This document shows positions 38,690 through 48,785 of a DNA stretch of 64,000 nucleotides, one piece after another. The DNA is from an uncultured Verrucomicrobiae bacterium (lineage in GTDB: Bacteria; Verrucomicrobiota; Verrucomicrobiia; Limisphaerales; Palsa-1400): NCBI GenBank assembly GCA_963707025.1, contig CAVPOM010000004.1, positions 288,001 to 352,000 on the forward strand. Reading direction: 5' to 3'. Under the pieces are notes generated by a model that ran no database searches, had not been told where the DNA came from, and worked only from the letters and a program-made list of their open reading frames with translations. The position numbers and the translations under genes are program-made. Numbering within the stretch: position 1 is the stretch's first letter; the number at the start of each line of letters is the position of its first letter.

Positions 38690-39696
38690 CGGCTTAAAAA
38701 CAGCGGCAACTGGTAGATCATCTGCGCCAGCGGATACATTTGCGCCAGGATGACCAGCCCCAAAAACAGGAGCGAGGCCGGCAGCGCCGCATAGAGCAGG
38801 ACATTGGAGCGATAGGCCGCCCGGGCGTGATAGACCTGGGCGGCCCGTTCAAATCCCGCCGCCAAATTCTCGCCCGCCCCCGCCACCAGCCAGACAAACA
38901 TCGGCGGAAAAATCTTGCCGCCCGCCGCCACCTCGGTGAATTTCCCGCGGCCCTCGGCGCAGCGCGCCTGCCACCGGCCCAGTTCCGCGGCGGCGCGGGT
39001 CCCGCCTTCCATTTTTTCCAGCAACCCCAGCGCCTCGCTCAAGGAACACCCGGCCTTGAGCAGAATGGCCATGGTGGAAGCCAGGCGGGCCAGGCTGGCT
39101 TCGCGGAAGGCGGGCAGGCGCCATTGCAATTCGCGCCGCCATCCGGGCAGCACGGCGACTGCCAGGGCCGGCAGGGCCAGGGCGGCCAGCAGCGCCGCCG
39201 GCGCCCACAAGCACGGCGCGCCGGGGGAGAGCGGCTGGAAGGGAGAACGGGCGCTGAAAATCAATCCCCGCGTGACGCTGCCATCCAGGGCCAGCATGGA
39301 GGAGATTTTCCCAAAAAGAACGGCGAGCCAGACGGAAAAGCCCGCCGAGAGCGTCAGGACAATCGCCGGATAAACCAGCAACCCTTTGAGCCGGGTCCAA
39401 ACCAGATTGGCGTTTTGATAATAATCGGCCAGCAAGGTGAGCAAGCCGGGCAGATCGTGGCCGCGCGCGCCGATTTGCAGCATCATCCCGTAAAAGGCCG
39501 GCAGATTGCGCCGCGCCACCGCCTGGTCCAGCGGCGCGCCGGCGGCCAGATCGGTTTCCAGCAATTGCAATTCGGCGCGCAAGCGGCCTTGCTGCATGGT
39601 GGCGCACAACTGGCGCAAGCTGCCCTCCAGCGGCAGGCCCTCGCGCAGCATGACCGCCAGTTGCTGATTCACAAATGCCAGTTCGTCGTATTTCAT
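38686..39696 (-). CDS. Type II secretion/pilus F (GspF/PilC) family protein
   Basis: QQLAVMLREGLPL, LVYPAIV, ILLKAGCSL, FPPMFVWLV. Confidence 0.85.
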   Translation of the reverse strand: MKYDELAFVNQQLAVMLREGLPLEGSLRQLCATMQQGRLRAELQLLETDLAAGAPLDQAVARRNLPAFYGMMLQIGARGHDLPGLLTLLADYYQNANLVWTRLKGLLVYPAIVLTLSAGFSVWLAVLFGKISSMLALDGSVTRGLIFSARSPFQPLSPGAPCLWAPAALLAALALPALAVAVLPGWRRELQWRLPAFREASLARLASTMAILLKAGCSLSEALGLLEKMEGGTRAAAELGRWQARCAEGRGKFTEVAAGGKIFPPMFVWLVAGAGENLAAGFERAAQVYHARAAYRSNVLLYAALPASLLFLGLVILAQMYPLAQMIYQLPLFLSR

Positions 39697-39833
39697 CCCT
39701 TAGGAAAGGGGTTCGACTATAACTTTGTCTTTCTTTTGCAATTTCATAGCAGGCCCGCTGCAAGAGACTTTTCTCCACCGCCAGGCCATCGTTATTTCTT
39801 GCGGCGTTTGAATGGGAGGTTCTGAAACGGTCC

Positions 39834-40118
39834 TCATGCATTCACCAATTGGATGACGAGGTTTTTGCCGAGGGCGTGCGCGACACGCTGGATGGTGGAG
39901 AGGCGCACGTCTTGCGCGTGGTTCTCCAGCCGCGAGATGGCGGATTTTCTCGTCTTGGTGCGTTGGGCGAGGGCTTCCTGGGTAATGCCTGCCTGCTCGC
40001 GGGCCTGGCGCAGGAGAACGCCCACTTTGAATTCCTGATAGCCGCTGTCAAAGTTTTCCGAGAATTTCTTGTCAGTGCGTTTGCGGCGGCTGATGTATTT
40101 GTCGAGGTCGTCTTTCAT
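39834..40118 (-). CDS. XRE-HTH antitoxin (HigA-like)
   Basis: REQAGITQEALA...KSAISRLEN; downstream of toxin, ATGA overlap. Confidence 0.88.
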   Translation of the reverse strand: MKDDLDKYISRRKRTDKKFSENFDSGYQEFKVGVLLRQAREQAGITQEALAQRTKTRKSAISRLENHAQDVRLSTIQRVAHALGKNLVIQLVNA

Positions 40119-40468
40119 CGTCTGGCCTTTCGGTTGAGGGAATCGCGCCGCCGTTGTGCGGCGAGTTCGATTTCCCGGCTCGGTGTTTTCTGTGTCTTCT
40201 TCGCAAATCCGTTGGTCAAAATGATCAGATTTCCCGAGTCCCAAAAGCCCAGGAGACGGAACGCATTGCCGCCAAATTCCGCGCGAACTTCCCAAAGCTC
40301 GTCCCCGCCCTCAAGTTTCTTCAAGTATTGCCTCGGCACCCTCGGCATTTCTTTCACCAATTTAAGAACCCAGGCCACTTTCTGCGCCTGCTTCGGGTCA
40401 AGCCTGTCGAGAAATTCTTCCACCGGGCAATTCCCAGTGTCGTTGCGGTAGAATCGAATTTCGCGCAT
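40115..40468 (-). CDS. RelE/HigB (Gp49-like) toxin
   Basis: FYRNDTGNCPVEEFL, LWEVR, FAKKTQKTP. Confidence 0.9.
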   Translation of the reverse strand: MREIRFYRNDTGNCPVEEFLDRLDPKQAQKVAWVLKLVKEMPRVPRQYLKKLEGGDELWEVRAEFGGNAFRLLGFWDSGNLIILTNGFAKKTQKTPSREIELAAQRRRDSLNRKARR

Positions 40469-40501
40469 GACAGGGAAGTTAGCATATTTGTGAACCTCTC
40501 G

Positions 40502-43123
40502 TCAAGGCCTGGCCGTGGGCGCGGGCTTGGCGGTGGAGCGCGGGGCGGGTTTGGCTTCGAGTTTGCTTTTCAGGGTGTCGAGGTCTTTGCGCAGTTGGCG
40601 GATTTCTTTCTGCGCGTCCAGAACGGTGTCGCGCAGTTCCCTCAAATTGTCCACGGGGCGGCGCGCGGCGCGGATGGCCTGCATGGCGGCGGCGGCGGTC
40701 TGCTCTTCGTGGGTTTGCTTGCCGGCCTCGGCAAAGGTTTGCAGAACGGGCAGGGCCCGGGGGTCTCCCAGGACGCCCAAAGCCCAGATCGCGCCCAGGC
40801 GGATCACGCTGTTTTTATCGTTGACGTAGCCGGACAGGAATTGGCGGACGGGTTCCTTCTTTTCCTCATCGCGGGCCAGAAAGGCCACGGTGTCCAGGCC
40901 GCTGGTGAAGCCGAGGCTGGTAAAGTCGTCGCGGCGCTGTTCGAGGGTCTGGCGGATGGGGGCCAGGTACGAAATGTCGTCCTGGACGCGCATGGCGGCG
41001 ATGGCGGCGTCGGCCAGGCTGTTGCGATAGGAATGGGATTGGAGGAGGGGCAGCAGCCGGTCGCGCACTTCGGGTTGGGCGTAGTTGGCCAGTCCTCGGA
41101 TGTCCTGCGCCTGAATGGCCGGATTTTTTTCAGCGGCGAGCGACTTGATTTCAGCCTGGCAGGCGGCGGGATTGTAAAAGGCGGCCAGGGCGGCGATGAC
41201 GGCGTTGCGCACGCGGGCGTCGTTTTGCTCCCGGGAGGCGAGGAGGTCGTCGAGGCTTTCGTCGGAGTGGATGGCGGCCAGGGCGGAGGCGGCTTCGACC
41301 CGGACGCCGTAAAAGGCATCGTGGTTGAGGGTGTTTTTCAATTGGGCCGCGCTGGCGTGGTCCTTTTTGTCCCGGAGCGCGGCCACGGCCAGGAGGCGGC
41401 CCACCACGTCGTCCTTGTCGGCGAGCTGGGCCTGGAGCATGGGGGCGGGCAGCTCAATACTAATCTTTGCCAGGACTTCCAGGCGCGGGTCCAGCCGCAC
41501 GGCGGCGGGGGCTTCGGGCAGGGAAAAATAAAAGTCTTCGGACGGCTCCTTCACCGTGATGGTTTTTTCCACGCGGCCGGACGGGCCGTCGAAGCGCACG
41601 GTCAAGGGAAAGTTGAAAAGCAAAACGTCGTCGCTCAGGGCCTGTTTCTGCTGGAGGGAAATTTTGGCCAGCCGGGTTTTTTCGTCCCAGGAATAAGCGG
41701 CGGCCAATTCTGGATAGTGGGCGTGATAGACCCATTGATCGAAGAACTGATCGTAGGAACGGCCGGAAAGTTCCTCGATCACGGCGGACAAATCGGCGGT
41801 GACCACGTTGCCGTACTGGTGGCGTTCCAGGTAGGTCTGGATGCAGCGGCGATAGAGGTCCTCGCCCAGTTGCGCGCGCAGCATGCGCAGGACAAAGCTC
41901 CCCTTCTGATAGGGGAGGATGCCGAAGATGTCGTCGGGATGATCGAAGGTGCGGTTGACAATGGCGCCGGTGTCGTTGCTGATGCTGAAGAGGCGCCGGG
42001 CGGTGGTGTAAAAGCCGTAGAGCATGGAGTCAGGGCCGTTTTTGTGCCCGTCGTAGAGCAGGGCGTAATAGGTGGCAAAGCCTTCGTTGAGCCAGATGTG
42101 GCTCCAATCCTTGCAGGTGACCAGATCGCCAAACCATTGATGGGCCATTTCGTGGGCGACCAATCCCTGGCTGCTGCGCAGGTTTTCCGTGGCGGCCGTG
42201 AACAGGGAGGTTTCGGTCAAGGTGGTCAGGCTGGTGTTTTCCATGCCGCCCTCCATGAAATCCTGCACCATGACCTGGTAGTATTTCACCCAGGGAAAAG
42301 GGACGCCGATGTCGCGCTCATAGAAATCCATGATGTCGCGGGTGTCGCGAAAGGAATTGCCGGCCTCGGTGATGTCGGAGGGCGGCACGTAAAGGGCCAG
42401 GGGAGTATCATTATGCTTGTCTTCCACGCTTTGGAAATAACCGGCGACCAGGGAAACGAGATAGTTGGCGTGGGGCTTTTCCTGCGACCAATGAAAGGCG
42501 GTCAGCCCGGCGGCGTCCTTTTCCTTGGAAACCAGCCGGCCATTGGACAGGACGATCATGCCCTCGGGGACGTGGCAGGTGATTTCGGTGGTGAATTTCT
42601 CGTTGGGCGCATCGGGGCTGGGATACCAATAGCGGTTGTCAATGGCCTCGCCCTGGGTGAAAAGATGTTCGTCGCCCGGTTTATAGCCCATCTCCGGCGT
42701 GCGGAAGTAAAGGCCCTTTTCCGGCTGGGCGCTGTAATGAATGGAGACGCGCGATTCCCGGCCGGCCGGAACGGCGCTGGCAAAAGTAATGAGCAGGCGG
42801 TCGGCCGTCACCTGCCAGCCTTGAATCTTCTCGCTGGACTCGACCGACAGGATGGCCATGTCGGCGGCGTTCAATTCCATTTCCGCCAGCGGCTTGGCGA
42901 TGGGATTAAAGGTGAACGTCACCGCGCCGGCGATGGTGCGCTGTTTGAAGTCCGGCGTCAGGTCCAGGCTCATGTGGACAAAGCCGGCGTTGCGGTCCGG
43001 CGCGTATTGGCGGGTGGAAGGGTGGGCCTCGCCCGGCCCGCCATGCGGGGCGGCCCAATCATCGGCCGCCATGAGGCCGGCCACGAAATAAAACGAGACG
43101 AAGAAAGCGGGCAATTTTTTCAT
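40502..43123 (-). CDS. M1-family aminopeptidase with HEAT repeats
   Basis: GGMEN, HEMAHQWFG...NEGFATY, YQKG; signal peptide; HEAT C-terminus. Confidence 0.93.
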   Translation of the reverse strand: MKKLPAFFVSFYFVAGLMAADDWAAPHGGPGEAHPSTRQYAPDRNAGFVHMSLDLTPDFKQRTIAGAVTFTFNPIAKPLAEMELNAADMAILSVESSEKIQGWQVTADRLLITFASAVPAGRESRVSIHYSAQPEKGLYFRTPEMGYKPGDEHLFTQGEAIDNRYWYPSPDAPNEKFTTEITCHVPEGMIVLSNGRLVSKEKDAAGLTAFHWSQEKPHANYLVSLVAGYFQSVEDKHNDTPLALYVPPSDITEAGNSFRDTRDIMDFYERDIGVPFPWVKYYQVMVQDFMEGGMENTSLTTLTETSLFTAATENLRSSQGLVAHEMAHQWFGDLVTCKDWSHIWLNEGFATYYALLYDGHKNGPDSMLYGFYTTARRLFSISNDTGAIVNRTFDHPDDIFGILPYQKGSFVLRMLRAQLGEDLYRRCIQTYLERHQYGNVVTADLSAVIEELSGRSYDQFFDQWVYHAHYPELAAAYSWDEKTRLAKISLQQKQALSDDVLLFNFPLTVRFDGPSGRVEKTITVKEPSEDFYFSLPEAPAAVRLDPRLEVLAKISIELPAPMLQAQLADKDDVVGRLLAVAALRDKKDHASAAQLKNTLNHDAFYGVRVEAASALAAIHSDESLDDLLASREQNDARVRNAVIAALAAFYNPAACQAEIKSLAAEKNPAIQAQDIRGLANYAQPEVRDRLLPLLQSHSYRNSLADAAIAAMRVQDDISYLAPIRQTLEQRRDDFTSLGFTSGLDTVAFLARDEEKKEPVRQFLSGYVNDKNSVIRLGAIWALGVLGDPRALPVLQTFAEAGKQTHEEQTAAAAMQAIRAARRPVDNLRELRDTVLDAQKEIRQLRKDLDTLKSKLEAKPAPRSTAKPAPTARP

Positions 43124-43258
43124 AGGATTAAAAGGACTGCGCGATTCTACCGTGCCGGCCCGGCTTGGCAAGGTTGCGCTCGCGGCGCCCTGACTTTCGG
43201 AGGCGCTTTATTTTCACGAGGCATAAAAAAACACTTTGATCTGGTTTGATTTGGCTTG

Positions 43259-45216
43259 GTAGAGTAGGCGAAGTGGAAGGAGGCGGATTGAACTGACCGC
43301 AGTTGTCAGTCTCGCGCTGCCACTTCGCCCCTCATCGAACCGAACGGACGGATTTCCCATATTCGGCTCTCCGAACTCATTCATCGGGCCGCCTTCCACT
43401 TCGCCGTGGTCGGCAGTTCATAGAGTCCATAACGCTGGTGCAACTGCTCGGGAACGTAGTGTTCCCACAGGCTGCGGCGGCAACCGTGTTTGCGCCACAG
43501 CCAGCGCCGAAAGCGGTTTTGGCTGTAGTGTTTCATCCGGTTCATCACCGAGACGCTGTTGCCGTAGTGGAAGTAGCCCGCCCATCCGCGCAAGACTTGG
43601 TTGACCTCTTTGACCACCTCCTGTATCGGACGCCCCTGCGTCCAGTGGTTGAGGATGCCGCCCAGTTTCTCGCGCAGGGCCCCCGGCTTTTCTGGCTGGG
43701 TTGAACGTGCAGGTAGCCGCGCCCTCCAAAGGACTTGCGCCAGGTCAGGTTGAAGCCCAGGAAGTTGATCCCTTCCTTGCGAATGTTCACAATTCGGGTT
43801 TTGACTTCGTTGAGGGTCAGCCCTTTGGCTCGAAGCCATTTCTTGAGCCGCGCTATCAGCCCTCCGCCGCACCCCGCCGCGCACGCGATGACAAAGTCAT
43901 CGGCGTAGCGCACCATGCGGGCTTGGCCGGAGGTTTTCTCGTTCACCCCGTGATCCAGCGGGTTGAGGTAGAGGTTGGCCAGCAGCGGCGAGATGACCCC
44001 GCCTTGCGGCGTGCCGCGCCGGTTGGGGATCACTCGCTTGGTGCCGTCCTGGTCTTCCTCCGCGACCGGGGCGCGCAGCCAGCTCTTGAGGAGCCGCAGC
44101 ACGCTGCCGTCGCTGACCCGCCGGGCCACGGCCTTCATCAGTTCCCGGTGCGGAATCGTGTCGAAATATTTCGTCAGGTCCGCGTCGATGATTTCCACGT
44201 AGCCTTGCTGCACTGCTTGTTGGATTTCCGCAATGGCTTGGTGTGCCCGGCGTTTGGGCCGAAAGCCGTAGGAGCGCGGATGAAAGTCCGCCTCCAAGAT
44301 CGGCATCAGCACCAGATACACCGCCGTTTGCACCACCCGGTCCTTGACCGTCGGGATGCCCAACGGCCGTTCCCCTCCGCTGCTCTTGGGAATCATCACC
44401 CGCCGCACCGGGCTGGCCCGATACGTCTTGGCTTTGAGTTCTGCTTGCAGGCGGTCGAGCCATTGCTGGCGCAGGGCCGGGTCGGCGGTGATGGACTCCA
44501 TACTCTGTCCGTCCACTCCCGCGGCCCCGCCGTTGCGCTGTTGCGCTGCCAAGGCGGTTTCGAGCACGTCCTTGCGCAGCAATTCCCCATACAGGCTCCA
44601 GAACCGATACTTCGGCTCTGCTTTGGCTTTCCGATAGAGCGCGATTTGAAGCTGCCGAACTTTCTCCGGGGTTGCTATCCGGGTCGCCCCGGCCATCCCC
44701 GCATCCTTCGCTTCGCCTCCACGCATTGAGCAAGTGTTCCCCCTTTGCGTTCGCTCGCGCAACTCCCGGCGGAAATCCGCCTGGAGCGCAAACAAGTCCA
44801 CGCTACTATGAGGAACTCCGACTTCTCCGGCAGGGCCGCTCGCCTGACTGGTCTTGCCAGCTTGCGCGGGCGGTTGGGCTGGCCGCCCGCCGCCGGAGTT
44901 CTCCCAGCTTACCTTGGTTGAACTTCCAGACGTGCCGTCCACGCCGACCCCGCCGGAGCGTTGAGAAGGCTCTGACTGTTGCCCTGCCTCCTCCCTGCGG
45001 CCTTCGCCGGTCAAACAGCGGCTCGGCTTGTCTCCGGTTCTAAACTTATCGAGGCTCATTGGATGTGGTTCATTTTCATTACGGCCCGTCTGTTCATCTC
45101 CCTCAGCTTCCAACCCCGCCTCGCGGCGGCGCTGTTGAGGTCGTGTTCCGTCGTGAACAGCCTAATTCGACGGGCGGGACTTTCACCCGCGTTCCAACCA
45201 ACTTCACTGGCGCAAC
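43259..45216 (-). mobile_element. Group II intron (~1958 nt)
   Basis: 5' GTTGCG; DV GAGAGCCG...CGGTTC; DVI with bulged A 7 nt before terminal AC; RT ORF inside; removal restores flanking 10-bp repeat. Confidence 0.92.
43381..44696 (-). CDS. ltrA: Group II intron reverse transcriptase/maturase (no En domain), frameshift ~43680
   Basis: RPLGIP, SYGFRP, GTPQGG, RYADD, FLGF; X domain (RGWAGYF) in second frame after a homopolymer run. Confidence 0.92.
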
Positions 45217-45328
45217 ATTTGGCTTGATTTGGCTTGATTTGGTTTGATGGGTCACGCGGTTGGAAAGGGTGGTTTTGAGGGTGGCGCCTCCGCCACGGCG
45301 GTCAGAGCCGAATAGAAGCGCCGACGTT

Positions 45329-45412
45329 TTGGAGTGTGCCGACAGGCTGGCACCGCCTTGCTTGCCGCAAATCGTTCCCGGCGCAAAAGCGGGAGCAAGC
45401 TCCCGCACTCCA
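45329..45412. repeat. REP doublet (TGGAGTG...GCACTCCA family)
   Basis: Right arm identical to reverse complement of 29797-29823. Confidence 0.7.
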
Positions 45413-45550
45413 TAGCAACCGCCCTCATCACTATGTGAGATTAGCATTTAATCCAGTTTTGTCAAGGCCAAATCGTGATTTTTCGCAAAGCGCAGGCCCG
45501 GAGCACACCGGTTGGAAATGCGGCGGAGAGGGTGGCTTGCCCAAGCGTCT

Positions 45551-47398
45551 TTACGCCGCCGCCGGCTTGAAGGCGGTGATGGAATCTACGCGGTAGCGCT
45601 TTTTACCGCCTTGCACGGGCACCTCGACCTCCTGGCCGGGCTTGGTGTTGAGCAGGGCCTGGCCGACGGCGGTGAGGTAGCTGATGACGCCTTTGTCCGG
45701 ATCGGAGTCCCAGGCCCCCAGGATGATGAACTGCTCGGCGTGGTTGTGCTCCAGATCGGTCACGGCCACCATGTCGCCAATGCTGACGACGTCGGTGCGG
45801 GGGTTGGCGAAGTCGCTGCCGCGGGCGCGGACAATCTGGGACTCCAGTTCGCCCTTGCGGCGCATGAGGATTTTTTGCATTTCCTTGGCGGCCTTGAATT
45901 CGTGGTTTTCGCGCAAGTCGCCGTAGCTGCGGGCGATGGCAATTTCCTTGGAGTTGGCCGGGATGGCCTTTTGCACCAGTTCGGCGTACTCATTCTTGCG
46001 CCGCTCCAGGCTTTCCCAGGAAACGACCAGGGCGGTTTCGGCCTTTTCGGACTTGGATTGCTCGCCGGAAATCATGGTTTGCACGGCCGGGTAGCTCTTG
46101 ACAATGCGGGCCAGGAGGGAACGCTTGTCCATGTCGTCGAAACAGGGGGAGAGCTGGAGGGCGCGGGTCAAATCCTTGATGACCTCCAGGTCGGCCGAGC
46201 CGATCAGTTCGACCATCAGGGTGGGATCGTCCAGAATATAATCGCGCAGTTTGTTGGAGCGCTTCTCGTTGAACTGGTCGCGCTCCATGGCGGTGAGCAT
46301 GGCGCGAAAGACTTCGGGGCCGAGGATGTCGGCGAAGGAATCGGAGTGTTGCTTGGCGTCCTTGGCCAGCCAGAGAAGCAGTTGGCTGCCGGCTTGGTGC
46401 TGGCTGATGAGGCGGGCCAGCAGTTCCTTGAACTGCTCCCAGCGGCCGCCGTCAATCAAGGCGTGGGCCACTTCCCCCGCCAGCTTGGCCGAAACATGGT
46501 TCAGCGCGCCGAGCAGGGCCTCGGGCCATTTTTCTGTCAACGATTTTTTGAACGAGTCCAGGGCGTGGCGGTGCTTGCCCGCCGGGATCAGTTCCAGCAG
46601 TGGGCCGATGCGGGGGGATTCCTGCACCCAGATGGCCAGGGCGCTGATTTCCCCTTCGCCGGGCGGCAGCCCCACAGCGGCGCGGATTTCATCGCGGATG
46701 AAAATGGCTTCCAGGGCGACGGCGGGCTGGGTGCGCTGATGGGTGGCAATTTCGGTGTTCAAGGCGAGAATGACTTCCCCGGCCGCCGCGGCGCGGTCGG
46801 CCAAATCGGCCAGATTGCGCAGGATTTCATGGGCGACATTCAGGCGCGCTTTCAAGCCTTTGGCGGCGTGGAAATCGGCCAGGAGGCGGCTTTGCAGGGA
46901 GACTTCCTTGAGCTGGTAAATGATCGGCTCGGTTTTCTTGAGGGGCACCTGGAAATGGCCGTCCTTCTTGAGTTCGCGTTTGGCCGCTTCCCACCATTTT
47001 TTCCAATCGTCCTTGATGACATCCGGGACCAGGACCTGCTGGATTTGGTCCACGGTGGCGCGGTCGCCGAAGCTGCGCAGGACCAGCTTGATCAGATCCA
47101 CATGATTCAAGGCCGCCATTTCCCGGAGGGCACCCATTTCGGAAACCTTGCGGGCGTAAATGTGGTCCTTGCCAATGGGTTTGAGGGTCTCGGCGGCGAA
47201 GGCCATGTCCATGGTGTGGCCGGGCTTGGACTGGAAATCAATGGCCAGGCGGGCAAAAACCCAGTCCGTGGCGGTGATTTTGCCAAAACCCCAACTGCGA
47301 TGATAACAAAAGCCGCCCTCGGTCAGCAGAACCAGGGGCTCGATGTGCTGGCGGCTGATCTTGCCGGCGGCGAGCAGTTTTTCAATTTCTTCTTTCAT
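45551..47398 (-). CDS. greA: Long-form transcription elongation factor GreA
   Basis: C-terminal IAIARSYGDLRENHEFKAAKE, ISYLTAVGQALL; large N-terminal extension. Confidence 0.9.
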   Translation of the reverse strand: MKEEIEKLLAAGKISRQHIEPLVLLTEGGFCYHRSWGFGKITATDWVFARLAIDFQSKPGHTMDMAFAAETLKPIGKDHIYARKVSEMGALREMAALNHVDLIKLVLRSFGDRATVDQIQQVLVPDVIKDDWKKWWEAAKRELKKDGHFQVPLKKTEPIIYQLKEVSLQSRLLADFHAAKGLKARLNVAHEILRNLADLADRAAAAGEVILALNTEIATHQRTQPAVALEAIFIRDEIRAAVGLPPGEGEISALAIWVQESPRIGPLLELIPAGKHRHALDSFKKSLTEKWPEALLGALNHVSAKLAGEVAHALIDGGRWEQFKELLARLISQHQAGSQLLLWLAKDAKQHSDSFADILGPEVFRAMLTAMERDQFNEKRSNKLRDYILDDPTLMVELIGSADLEVIKDLTRALQLSPCFDDMDKRSLLARIVKSYPAVQTMISGEQSKSEKAETALVVSWESLERRKNEYAELVQKAIPANSKEIAIARSYGDLRENHEFKAAKEMQKILMRRKGELESQIVRARGSDFANPRTDVVSIGDMVAVTDLEHNHAEQFIILGAWDSDPDKGVISYLTAVGQALLNTKPGQEVEVPVQGGKKRYRVDSITAFKPAAA

Positions 47399-47440
47399 TG
47401 CTAATTCCAACAGTCCATAAACCTGCCTCATTATTAGGTT

Positions 47441-48730
47441 GTGACGCCGGAAAGTCCAAGAGAAATTGCCGCCCGTGTTTTGCGCCGCCGCTGGCACAGC
47501 CCGGACTATGTGGAAACGCTGCTGGAACAGGAACTGGCCCGCGCCGCCCTGTCCAGGCTGGACCGGTCGCTGTGCCAGGAACTGGTTTATGGCATCGTGC
47601 GGTGGGAGAGGACGCTGGACTGGCTGATCGCGCGCAAAACCACCGAGCGGGCGCAGGCGGAGGGCGTGCAAGTCTGGCTGCGGCTGGGGCTTTATCAAAT
47701 CTTCTGGCTGCAACGCATCCCGGCCCATGCGGCGGTGCATGAGACGGTGGAGATGGCCAAGCGGACGGGTGGCGGCGCGCAGGCGGGCTTTTTGAACGCG
47801 GTGTTGCGGGGCTGTTTGCGCGAGCGGGAGGCGCTGGCCGGCCAACTGCAAGCCCTGAAAAAAGAGGACCCGGCCACCGGTTATTCACATCCGGCCTGGC
47901 TGGTGCAGCGCTGGCAGGCGCGCTGGGGGCCGGAGAAAACCGCGCAATTGCTGGAGTGGAACAATGCGCCGCCGCCGACCTTCGCGCGGCTGAATCTTTT
48001 GAAAACCGATGCCGCCACGCTGACCGCAGGCTGGCAGGCGCAAGGCATCGGGTTCGCCGCGCGCCAGTGGGATTGGACCGGAGAAAACCTGGTGTTCGAC
48101 TTGCAATCGCATCCGAGCCTGGCGGAGTGGGATGATTTTCAGCGGGGCTTTTTTTATGTGCAGGATCCCAGCACGCTTCTGGCGGTGCACGATTTGAATC
48201 CGCAGCCGGGGGAAAACATCCTCGATCTGTGCGCCGCGCCGGGCGGGAAAACGACCTTCCTGGCCCAGCGCATGGACAATCGCGGGCATATCCTGGCGCA
48301 GGACCCCCAGCCGCAACGCCTGCGGCGCCTGCGGGAGAATTGCGCCCGCCTGGGGGTGGCTTGCGTGGAAACCACCGCAGCCGGCGTGGCGGCGGCGGCC
48401 CCGTTCGACCGGATTTTGCTGGATGCGCCCTGCTCCAACAGCGGCGTGTTGCGGCGGCGGGTGGATCTGCGCTGGAGAATCCGGGAGGAGGAACTGGCGC
48501 GGCTGGGCCGGGAGCAGGGGGCGCTGCTGCGGCAGGCCGCCGCCCAACTCAAGCCGGGGGGCCGGCTGGTCTATAGCACTTGCAGCCTGGAATCGGAGGA
48601 AAACGAAAACGTGATGGGGGAATTTCTCGCCGAAAACGGTGAATTCACGCTGGAAAGCCAGCGGCAACTGCTGCCCTTTGCGGATGGCGTGGACGGCGCT
48701 TACGTGGCCGCCCTGCGCCGGCGCGCCTGA
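47441..48730 (+). CDS. rsmB: 16S rRNA m5C967 methyltransferase
   Basis: NusB-like N-terminus, DLCAAPGGKT, DAPCS, YSTCS. Confidence 0.92.
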   Translation: MTPESPREIAARVLRRRWHSPDYVETLLEQELARAALSRLDRSLCQELVYGIVRWERTLDWLIARKTTERAQAEGVQVWLRLGLYQIFWLQRIPAHAAVHETVEMAKRTGGGAQAGFLNAVLRGCLREREALAGQLQALKKEDPATGYSHPAWLVQRWQARWGPEKTAQLLEWNNAPPPTFARLNLLKTDAATLTAGWQAQGIGFAARQWDWTGENLVFDLQSHPSLAEWDDFQRGFFYVQDPSTLLAVHDLNPQPGENILDLCAAPGGKTTFLAQRMDNRGHILAQDPQPQRLRRLRENCARLGVACVETTAAGVAAAAPFDRILLDAPCSNSGVLRRRVDLRWRIREEELARLGREQGALLRQAAAQLKPGGRLVYSTCSLESEENENVMGEFLAENGEFTLESQRQLLPFADGVDGAYVAALRRRA

Positions 48731-48785
48731 TTTCATCGCAAATCAGTTGACTCCACGGCAGCTTGTGCAAAATTGAGCCGCGTTT

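Noticed and set aside
39700..39837. 45-aa ORF between higA and gspF
   Set aside because: No recognisable motif; cannot be supported from sequence alone.
40154..43249. Long antisense ORFs (e.g. 40154-43249, 32602-35223, 23578-25524, 56418-58562, 62079-63785)
   Set aside because: Shadow frames opposite well-supported genes, expected in high-GC DNA; no recognisable motifs.
43381..45113. Retron, DGR or defence reverse transcriptase
   Set aside because: YADD RT with X domain followed by DV/DVI RNA; no template/variable repeat pair or msr-msd context seen.
43249..45226. 10-bp target-site duplication of a transposon
   Set aside because: Further repeat units extend on both sides and the insert has group II intron domains; the repeat most likely pre-existed.
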